Source of the DNA: Flavobacteriales bacterium
Lineage (GTDB): Bacteria > Bacteroidota > Bacteroidia > Flavobacteriales_D > Crocinitomicaceae
Assembly: GCA_947454525.1 (NCBI GenBank)
Contig: CANGJM010000009.1
Location: 37,342 to 101,341, forward strand
DNA length: 64,000 bases
Reading direction: 5' to 3'
Numbering within the stretch: position 1 is the first letter of the stretch; each line of letters opens with the position of its first letter. The notes under the pieces were generated by a model. That model made no database searches, was not told the DNA's origin, and saw only the letters and a list, made by a program, of their open reading frames with translations. The position numbers and the translations under genes were made by a program. This document shows, piece by piece, positions 56,228-63,527 of this stretch.

Positions 56228-58005
56228 TGAATGCGCTTGCACAAATACCAGCCAAAACCGTAACGAGTGGTTATCGAGCTATCAAAGATGGAAGCCGTTA
56301 CAATCAGTATTTTCCCAAACCGGAAGAACGTGACCGTGTCATTGTTGAAGACGGCGAAGTGACAGATACTGTGGAGTTAATGGAGAAAGTCGTTTGGAAA
56401 TACCTTGACGACACCAAGCGAATTGCTCCATTGCTCCGACGGTCAACAACCGAGTCTACTTGCCAAGCTATCTGGGAGTTTGTCTATGGTTATATCCAAT
56501 ATAAACTCGACAAGCGAGGCCTAGAACAACTCCGAAGACCAGCGCGCAGTTGGGCAGAACGAAATACCGGCGTTGACTGTGATTGCATGAGCATTTTTGT
56601 TTCAAGCATTTTGACTAACCTCCAAATCCCTCACAAGTTTCGCATCACGATGTACAGTGGTGATTCTTGGCAGCATGTCTACGTGATTGTGCCCCTAGGA
56701 GATGAGAACAACTACTGTGTGATAGACGGGGTGGTTTCTGCCTTCAACTACGAGAAAAAATTCACTAAAAAAATGGACTTTACTATGAGCTTAAACGGGA
56801 TCAATGTAGCAGTATTAAGTGGCGTTTCTTCAAACGACCATTACAACGCCGTTATGGCAAATTCACTTACGGGACTTGGAGCAAATTCAAGCGCTGAGCT
56901 TGATAAAATCTATGAAAACATCGTGGTCACTAGAAATGCTATTGCACAGGATCCGTCTTTGGTATCATCTACTGATGACCCACAAGCGCTTTTGCAAATG
57001 CTCGACTATGCCATCCAGTATTGGCATACTGATAAAAGAAATCAAGCCCTGGAAATTTTATCCCAGAATGAAAGGCAGCTCAATTTACGCAATGGTATCA
57101 ATACCATTTCTGGATTGGAATATGATCCAGATGAACTTTCGATGAGTGGTGTTAGTCCTAAAGGTTTTTTTACCAACGTGAAAAAGTCAGTCAATACTGC
57201 AGGTCAAAAGGTTGGAGACGTAGCTAAAAAAGCAGTGAAAGCCGTTGTGAAATACAACCCTCTTACTTTGGCTGCTCGCGGAGGCTTTTTAGTTGCCATG
57301 AAACTCAATTTGGGAAAAATGGCCAATAAACTCAAATGGGGTTATGGGACTCCAGAGCAAGCAAGAGTAAAGGGCATCGCACCAGCGCAATACCAAAAAA
57401 GTAAAACAGCTTTAACCAAAGTGGAGAATTTGTTTGCTGATAAACTACAAGGTAGCCGCGAAGTGCTTAAAAATGCCATTCTTAAAGGAAGAGCTGGTAA
57501 TTTGAGTGGCGATGTCATCGAACAACTACTTGGATACTTGGGGGATCCTGTAACAGCTTCAGCGATAGCAGCAGCAACACCTGTGATTATTGCCACCATC
57601 AATATTTTGAAGGATGCCGGATTAGTAGGCAGTGATGAGAAACTGGATATTGACTCCTTGACCAAAGAAATGGATGCAGATCCAAACGCAGCAAGTGCAT
57701 TTTCGGAAATCCAACAAGAAGATGAAGCTTCTTCATCAGGAGAAACAGATCAAACAGCACCACCAACAACAAAAGGAGCTACCAAGTCCACTTCAGCAGG
57801 TGGCGGTATTATGGAATTCATTAAAAAGAATCCTGTTCCAGTGGCCATTGGTGGAGGGCTATTGGCCTTTGGGATTTATCAGATGGTGAAGCCTAAAGCA
57901 AAAACAACTGGTTTGTCTGGTGTTCGAAGTACAGCAAAACGAAAAACACCGACAAAAACAACCACAAGGAAGAAAACAACCCTAAAAACTGTCAAACTTT
58001 TTTAA
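56227..58005 (+). CDS. Transglutaminase-like cysteine-protease-core protein with a long helical/low-complexity region, a C-terminal TM helix and a basic tail
   Basis: GVDCDCMSIFVSSILTNLQIPHKFRI...WQHVYVIV...YCVIDGV matches the Cys-His-Asp order of transglutaminase-core domains. The C-terminus has TM helix PVPVAIGGGLLAFGIYQMV followed by KPKAKTT...RKTPTKTTTRKKTTLKTVKLF. Confidence 0.5.
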   Translation: MNALAQIPAKTVTSGYRAIKDGSRYNQYFPKPEERDRVIVEDGEVTDTVELMEKVVWKYLDDTKRIAPLLRRSTTESTCQAIWEFVYGYIQYKLDKRGLEQLRRPARSWAERNTGVDCDCMSIFVSSILTNLQIPHKFRITMYSGDSWQHVYVIVPLGDENNYCVIDGVVSAFNYEKKFTKKMDFTMSLNGINVAVLSGVSSNDHYNAVMANSLTGLGANSSAELDKIYENIVVTRNAIAQDPSLVSSTDDPQALLQMLDYAIQYWHTDKRNQALEILSQNERQLNLRNGINTISGLEYDPDELSMSGVSPKGFFTNVKKSVNTAGQKVGDVAKKAVKAVVKYNPLTLAARGGFLVAMKLNLGKMANKLKWGYGTPEQARVKGIAPAQYQKSKTALTKVENLFADKLQGSREVLKNAILKGRAGNLSGDVIEQLLGYLGDPVTASAIAAATPVIIATINILKDAGLVGSDEKLDIDSLTKEMDADPNAASAFSEIQQEDEASSSGETDQTAPPTTKGATKSTSAGGGIMEFIKKNPVPVAIGGGLLAFGIYQMVKPKAKTTGLSGVRSTAKRKTPTKTTTRKKTTLKTVKLF

Positions 58006-58024
58006 ATCAATAAATACGCAAACC

Positions 58025-58564
58025 ATGGCAACTAAAAGAAGTACCAAAGCAAAAACCAAAATCAGTAGCCAAGCTGTGATGGATGAACTTAAAACCTTGG
58101 CTATGCTCACAGGCGGTGTTGTCATCGGCTCGCTGGGTGGAAAAATGCTTGATAAGGCATTGGCCGTTGATCCGGCTGCTACGACCTTCAATGTCAAAGC
58201 ACTGGCAAGACCAGTATTGATGCTTGGCGTTGGAACAGCAGGAAACATCATGCTCAAAGACCCAAACATGAAAATGTTGGCAACGGGAGTTGGTGCATCA
58301 GGCTTACTCTCTGGAGTAAAAATCTTACTCAAAAAAGACCTATTAGCAGGTCTGGCAGATTTCAACCTTTCAGGCTCAAACGATCTTGGAGAACCAAGCA
58401 TTTACCGCGAACCATTGAATTTATCAGTGGAGCGCTACAATCCGGATCTTCCAGCTCTTTCATCACCGACGGCATTCAATGTCGAGGACTTGAACTTGTC
58501 TCATGCGTCCATGGCGCACAGTTCAGAGATGGAAGATGACCTTTCTTACATCGAAATCATTTAA
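58025..58564 (+). CDS. Membrane protein with a basic N-terminus and an acidic C-terminus
   Basis: MATKRSTKAKTK is followed by three Gly-rich hydrophobic segments (LAMLTGGVVIGSLGG; PVLMLGVGTAGNIML; MLATGVGASGLLSGVKILL) and then an acidic tail. Confidence 0.5.
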   Translation: MATKRSTKAKTKISSQAVMDELKTLAMLTGGVVIGSLGGKMLDKALAVDPAATTFNVKALARPVLMLGVGTAGNIMLKDPNMKMLATGVGASGLLSGVKILLKKDLLAGLADFNLSGSNDLGEPSIYREPLNLSVERYNPDLPALSSPTAFNVEDLNLSHASMAHSSEMEDDLSYIEII

Positions 58565-58595
58565 TCAATTACAAATCAAATAAATAATAAGTATC

Positions 58596-59300
58596 ATGTT
58601 AACTCTTGGACAAATCGAAAACAGCGAGTACAACTTGCTAGGTGCCATGTCAGAAGAAGACTTCTTGCAAGCACTTGAATTAGGAGCAACGAGCGATAAG
58701 CGCAAGTTATTTCGCAAAATGCAAAATCAATCACGCGCCATGTCAACAGCCACAGGTTCTCGCTCACGCGCAGAATTTGAAAAGCGCATCACCATGTTGC
58801 CAAAGGAAATCCAACAAGGATTGGCAACGCAATCTTTGCAAGCTGTAGATACGGCTTACTACGTGGTGAAAACCATTGGTGGCTCAAAGGTGGTAAAGAT
58901 GTTCAAGGATGACGACACGAAGGTGGTTGGAACGAGCAACATTTCCAGTGGGAAATTGGAAAAAGGAAATCACTTCTTGCTATACGGCATTCAGTTGTTG
59001 GGTGGTGTGAGTGAATCAAAAGACGATGCAAGTCGTGTGAATTTCGATGTCGTTCCGGATTACATCCGTGATGGTGAATTTGAGTTCAAAGCAAACGGAA
59101 CTATCCTTGTACCGAATACTTCATGCGAGGTGTTCCAAACAACAGGAAAAGATACTTTCCGTGGACTTTGGATCTTGGATAACCCGAAAATCATTCGCGA
59201 CCAACAATCCATTGAATTGAATTTGGAATGGGGTGCTAATGCGCCTGAGAATACATTCTTGAAAGTTATCCTTCGCGGAACAGCTGTAATTAAAGCCTAA
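58596..59300 (+). CDS. Hypothetical structural-type protein: about 75-aa helical/basic N-terminus plus about 155-aa beta-rich domain (capsid-like candidate)
   Basis: 234 aa. The C-terminal part shows alternating hydrophobic beta-strand patterns (YYVVKTIGGSKVVKMF, HFLLYGIQLLGG, FEFKANGTILV, SIELNLEW, FLKVILRGTAVIKA). There is no family match I can name. Confidence 0.4.
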   Translation: MLTLGQIENSEYNLLGAMSEEDFLQALELGATSDKRKLFRKMQNQSRAMSTATGSRSRAEFEKRITMLPKEIQQGLATQSLQAVDTAYYVVKTIGGSKVVKMFKDDDTKVVGTSNISSGKLEKGNHFLLYGIQLLGGVSESKDDASRVNFDVVPDYIRDGEFEFKANGTILVPNTSCEVFQTTGKDTFRGLWILDNPKIIRDQQSIELNLEWGANAPENTFLKVILRGTAVIKA

Positions 59301-59312
59301 TTCTGAATCGAG

Positions 59313-59735
59313 ATGAAAAACCATAAGTTTCAACAGATACGCGTTCGAGTGACTGATTTTGGGGAATCAGTGCGCATCAATGCACAAACCGACAAGCAAT
59401 ACGCTAAGATTCGAGGGATTTATGTCTCGCTTCCAGATGAGCTATTGCTATCAGGTGCTTTGTTGGGACTTAGGGTGAATAATCAAGAGGTCTTTGAGGA
59501 TGCACATGAAATCAAGTTAATCACTAGCGGTCACCAAGTTGCTCCAAACAAGAAGTTTTTCTTCTTTGAGGAGCACTTGGAAGCTGGTGGATCAGCGATT
59601 GAAGGCAAGTTCACAGATGGAGGTCATGAGGCCTTGTCAGAAAGTCCTTCAAAGCTTGAATTGATGCGCGCAAGAAAAGCAGAGAGTGGTTATTTGTATG
59701 AAGCCAAAATCTATTTGTGGTTAACTAACGAATAG
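59313..59735 (+). CDS. Small beta-rich hypothetical protein (140 aa)
   Basis: The ORF sits in a tight operon. Its motifs are collinear with those of the next gene (see findings). Confidence 0.45.
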   Translation: MKNHKFQQIRVRVTDFGESVRINAQTDKQYAKIRGIYVSLPDELLLSGALLGLRVNNQEVFEDAHEIKLITSGHQVAPNKKFFFFEEHLEAGGSAIEGKFTDGGHEALSESPSKLELMRARKAESGYLYEAKIYLWLTNE

Positions 59736-59740
59736 CACGG

Positions 59741-60130
59741 ATGTCAGTCACACGCTATTCAATCGTTAGTCTTTTGGTTCAAAAGCCTGGAGAGATTATC
59801 TCTTTTCAACACAAGATTCCGGCATACTTAAAACGCTGCACGGGTTTTAAAATCTCGCTTGTAAGCTTTCTAGATCCGCAATACTTGAATTGTGAATTGG
59901 GTCGTTTGAGCGCTTCGTTTAACAGTTTGAAAGAAGAAGCAATTACCACTTCACTGAAACACGAAGAGCTCGGATCACAAGACTTTCAAGAATTAGATGT
60001 TCAATTGCACCCAGGACAAATTATAAGCGGTGTGTATGTTGACACTATGCTATGTGAAGATTTTAAGTCATACAGAGTGAATTTGTATTTACGCTGCACT
60101 GACAAAGAAGGTCAAACTCAAAATCAATAA
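59741..60130 (+). CDS. Small beta-rich hypothetical protein (129 aa), probable distant paralogue of 59313..59735
   Basis: KRCTGFKISL / ELGRL / LHPGQIISGVYVDT / YRVNLYL occur at the same positions as KIRGIYVSL / LLGLR / LEAGGSAIEGKFTDG / YEAKIYL in the upstream protein. Confidence 0.45.
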   Translation: MSVTRYSIVSLLVQKPGEIISFQHKIPAYLKRCTGFKISLVSFLDPQYLNCELGRLSASFNSLKEEAITTSLKHEELGSQDFQELDVQLHPGQIISGVYVDTMLCEDFKSYRVNLYLRCTDKEGQTQNQ

Positions 60131-60135
60131 GGCTG

Positions 60136-60459
60136 ATGTACGATCATTTAAACCATGTGCAACAACAGTTCAAGCAGCGAGAAATCAAGATTGAATTGCA
60201 AGGCTTTAAGTCTGTTCATACGAGACCTGGGACTTTACAATACCACATTGAGGCTTACAATGAGTACTTGTTACTCACCAATAGCAGGGTGCTTCCAATT
60301 GGAACACGCATACTTTCTGATACCAATAGCATGGAAATCAAAAGTGGTCACCGCCGGATTGAAGCATTAGAAGAGTTCAGCGGTCTTGTGTCAATTGAGC
60401 TACCACAGGGAACAACATATTTTCCCATCATCGAATTTATTCAAATCGTCAAGGAATGA
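60136..60459 (+). CDS. Small beta-rich hypothetical protein (107 aa)
   Basis: ORF in the operon. Its stop overlaps the next start (ATGA at 60456). Confidence 0.4.
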   Translation: MYDHLNHVQQQFKQREIKIELQGFKSVHTRPGTLQYHIEAYNEYLLLTNSRVLPIGTRILSDTNSMEIKSGHRRIEALEEFSGLVSIELPQGTTYFPIIEFIQIVKE

Positions 60460-61262
60460 AAAGAAGAAAGATTTATCACATGATCGAGGTTTGTCAGAAA
60501 ATGATCAAAACCTTCCCCAAACAGGGGCACGACAAAGTAACGTTCAATGCCATGTTTTACCGAAATGGCAAGCGCTTAAACAGCATTGATCAATCGTTGA
60601 TTGAGAATTTCTCTCCACTCGTACGAAGCTATGATAAATCTGAAAATCCTGACAAAGTTAAAGTTGAATTCAAGGATGTGGAATCTGGAACGCTCATATG
60701 GGCAAAGACTTTTGAATGGACGGATGTCGATGAAGAGCTGCCAAAATCCTTGGCCGGTTATGCAGGTTTGGGAGAAGCCGAGGTAAACGACCTTGTTCAG
60801 CGCAAGTTCTCAGAAATGGAAAGAAGCCGAGAGTTAGAAAGATTGACCACGGAATTACAACGAATAAATGCCATAAATGAAGAGCTGGAGTTTCAAGTTC
60901 AAGACATGCAAAACTCCCTGGAGGCTAAAAAGCAAGTGGAGTATTATTCCAACATCATTGGAATGGCACTACCAGGACTTGCCAAGTTCTTCACCAATTC
61001 ACCGGTGGGATCAGCTTTTAATTTCTTGGCTGGAACGGACCAAGAAAAGAGCATGGAACAGTCCTCAGATGGCACAAAGGACACACAGCGCGAAACGATT
61101 TTAGAGATGATTATTTCGTTTGTTCAAACACTTGACAATCAAGAACTAGGAACTATTTACTTAATGTTATCTGAAATCGAAAAAGATAGAACAAATATTC
61201 AAAAGATCCTGCAATTTATCACAGGTTCAACAACAGTAGAAACACCCATTCAAACCAATTAA
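60456..61262 (+). CDS. Hypothetical protein with a central coiled-coil (scaffold-like)
   Basis: 268 aa. The heptad-like stretch is ERSRELERLTTELQRINAINEELEFQVQDMQNSLEAKKQ. No NTPase motif. Confidence 0.4.
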   Translation: MKRRKIYHMIEVCQKMIKTFPKQGHDKVTFNAMFYRNGKRLNSIDQSLIENFSPLVRSYDKSENPDKVKVEFKDVESGTLIWAKTFEWTDVDEELPKSLAGYAGLGEAEVNDLVQRKFSEMERSRELERLTTELQRINAINEELEFQVQDMQNSLEAKKQVEYYSNIIGMALPGLAKFFTNSPVGSAFNFLAGTDQEKSMEQSSDGTKDTQRETILEMIISFVQTLDNQELGTIYLMLSEIEKDRTNIQKILQFITGSTTVETPIQTN

Positions 61263-61275
61263 AAACGTAGAAAAA

Positions 61276-61449
61276 ATGGCAAAACATGAGTTAAAAGTTA
61301 CGGTAAGCGTAGCCACAGATTTAGAGGCTCGCCACGTTCAAAAAGCATTGCAAACCATTGCAAACAACTTCAAGCCCAATGAGCTTGTGAGCATTTCCAA
61401 AAAGATTGAAATGCCATTGGTGAAGTTGAAAATTAAAAGCATGATCTAA
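61276..61449 (+). CDS. Small ORF (57 aa); not in the ORF track
   Basis: Own translation: MAKHELKVTVSVATDLEARHVQKALQTIANNFKPNELVSISKKIEMPLVKLKIKSMI, stop at 61447..61449. It fills the only gap in the operon. Confidence 0.35.
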   Translation: MAKHELKVTVSVATDLEARHVQKALQTIANNFKPNELVSISKKIEMPLVKLKIKSMI

Positions 61450-61460
61450 CGCAAAACAAA

Positions 61461-62513
61461 ATGGCATCCGCAAAAGAAAAAATCGCTCAAGCTGTCCAAG
61501 ACAATAAAAGTGTCCTGATCAAAGGTGCACTGATTGTTGGTGGTATTTATATAACCTATCGCGTTGGCAAGAACCTAATTGCGAAGGTTAATAAAAACAA
61601 TGCACAGAAAAATACGGATGACAAGCCTGAGGTAAGACAAGCAATGTCCTTGCGATCATCTGTAAATCCTTCGGGCTACAGCTGGATGAAGAGCTTTGAT
61701 ACCACCAACGTGGACACTGTGATGGAGATTGCTAAAACCATCACCAACCTCGATAAAGTTCAAAAAGCCTACAAGGATTTATACCAGGACAATTTACTAG
61801 ACGATCTTCAAAGTGATCTTTCTACAAGTGAATACGAAGCCTTTTTGAACATTATTGCGTCAAACGCCAACAAGGATACAAGCGGTGGAGGTGCGCCTCC
61901 GGTTCAATACACCAAAAAGAATCAGTTGATTGTAGCAAAGAAAGATGTCACGATTCGTAAAACTCCAGATGCTTCCAATCATGGGGCATTCTATGAAGTG
62001 CTTTCTGAAGACAACATTTACCGCGTAGCAAAAGCTGGAGAGTTTTTGGGCTATGCCACAGGACAGCAACATTACGATGAAGTCAATAACGTGAAGTTCA
62101 TTCAGGTGGCTTATGTTATCAATGCCAAATATGCTCCGGCTGCTTACAAGAAAAAGAACAAAGTAAAAATGTCCTTTTGGATCAGTGCATCATCAAATTA
62201 CACATATCAATTTCCAAATGTAAAAGAGATGATTGCGGCATACCCGAAAACAAGCACCACAGCATACTGGAAAAAACCCTTGGATTATTTCGATCTCAAA
62301 GGAATTCCAATGCCACGCTTGTTGACTAGATCAAACGCAGTGATCTTAAACGAAAAGTTTGTTCCGATCAATCAGGTAGGATCAAATACCATATTGGGGC
62401 AATTGGTCATGAGTATGCAAACCAAAGGCGGTGTGCTTTTGCAGTTTCGAACCATTGACAACAACATCCGCTGGGTGGACCAACAATACATTCATTTACA
62501 AGAAAGCATATGA
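61461..62513 (+). CDS. Membrane-anchored hypothetical protein with a possible SH3b-like segment, upstream of the lysin
   Basis: N-terminal TM helix (LIKGALIVGGIYITY). The mid-region VAKKDVTIRKTPDASNHGAFYEVLSEDNIYRVAKAGEFLGYATG resembles bacterial SH3 cell-wall-binding domains. The stop overlaps the lysin ATG. Confidence 0.4.
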   Translation: MASAKEKIAQAVQDNKSVLIKGALIVGGIYITYRVGKNLIAKVNKNNAQKNTDDKPEVRQAMSLRSSVNPSGYSWMKSFDTTNVDTVMEIAKTITNLDKVQKAYKDLYQDNLLDDLQSDLSTSEYEAFLNIIASNANKDTSGGGAPPVQYTKKNQLIVAKKDVTIRKTPDASNHGAFYEVLSEDNIYRVAKAGEFLGYATGQQHYDEVNNVKFIQVAYVINAKYAPAAYKKKNKVKMSFWISASSNYTYQFPNVKEMIAAYPKTSTTAYWKKPLDYFDLKGIPMPRLLTRSNAVILNEKFVPINQVGSNTILGQLVMSMQTKGGVLLQFRTIDNNIRWVDQQYIHLQESI

Positions 62514-63013
62514 GCACAAAAACAGAAAATTACGTAGTCAATAACTACCCTTATGCCGAGAAAGCCGGGGATCGTTTCAAAATGGATCCACTGGTGATCT
62601 TAGCGCAAGGTTCCTTTGAGAGCGCTTGGGGAACATCGAATTTATCAACGAAGCACAACAACTTCTTTGGGATTACCGCTGGAGGTTCAAAAAATGAATT
62701 CTGGAAAGGTGGAATCTACCAGGCTCAGAACAAATATAAATTGAAGTTCAGAACCTACGCTTCACCGCAAGACAGCTTCTATGACTTTGCACGCTTGATT
62801 TCCAGTAGCTACAAGACGGCGCATGCCGCAGCAATGGACTACAAAAAGTATGCGGATAAAATCGCACACAGTCCTTATATCTCTGAAAGCAACGGTGACA
62901 ACCGCACGGCTTACATGCGCGGACTTATTACTAACTATGAAAAGATATTGGACATCGCTAAAAAAAAAATCTTCTTGAAAAAGGAGGATTCACCCTCGGA
63001 GCAGCAGCCTTAG
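62510..63013 (+). CDS. GH73 mannosyl-glycoprotein endo-beta-N-acetylglucosaminidase (lysin)
   Basis: ILAQGSFESAWGTS...HNNFFGI...FRTYASPQDSFYDFARLI is the glucosaminidase (FlgJ/Atl-type) signature with its catalytic Glu. An A10 tract lies at 62960..62969 (see findings). Confidence 0.75.
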   Translation: MSTKTENYVVNNYPYAEKAGDRFKMDPLVILAQGSFESAWGTSNLSTKHNNFFGITAGGSKNEFWKGGIYQAQNKYKLKFRTYASPQDSFYDFARLISSSYKTAHAAAMDYKKYADKIAHSPYISESNGDNRTAYMRGLITNYEKILDIAKKKIFLKKEDSPSEQQP

Positions 63014-63059
63014 TCTTTTTGACGGGCAGGTTTATTTACAAAAAATACATTCAGAAATA

Positions 63060-63452
63060 ATGGCATTTACACTTACACACATTAGAACTGGTGAACCACA
63101 GACCTTCACAGTTCAAGTACTTCTTGAAAAACTAGGAGACCCTATCAATGATGAAATTATCATCAAAGGTGAAGCTTACCGCATTGCTGGAGTTCAAGAA
63201 AGCGCAACAGGAACTGTTTCAGGAAACTGGCAGCGCGAAACGATTGAAGTGACAGAGAGCGACCAAACAGAGTTTGATGTCGATATCAACACTTCGGATC
63301 CAGAAGGTTTGTTTTTGGTAGTCAACGGAGCTTTGTTTGATTACGGTCTAAACGGCGCTTTTCACATCGCAGACACAACGCTTTACTGGCATGGAAGATT
63401 CAATCTTTCGCCAACAGATCAAGTGTACATCAAGTATTTAACCCTTAATTAA
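63060..63452 (+). CDS. Hypothetical protein (130 aa)
   Basis: ORF in the operon. Its last 58 nt are duplicated immediately downstream. Confidence 0.4.
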   Translation: MAFTLTHIRTGEPQTFTVQVLLEKLGDPINDEIIIKGEAYRIAGVQESATGTVSGNWQRETIEVTESDQTEFDVDINTSDPEGLFLVVNGALFDYGLNGAFHIADTTLYWHGRFNLSPTDQVYIKYLTLN

Positions 63453-63523
63453 TTACTGGTATTAAAGATTCAATCTTTCACCAACAAAACTATTGTAAAT
63501 CAAGTATTTAACCCTTAATTAAT
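63395..63523 (+). repeat. Tandem direct duplication, 2 x 59 bp separated by 11 bp
   Basis: 63395..63453 and 63465..63523 share identical ends (aagattcaatctttc ... atcaagtatttaacccttaattaat) with a diverged 14-nt core. About 51/59 identity. Confidence 0.9.
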
Positions 63524-63527
63524 AACC

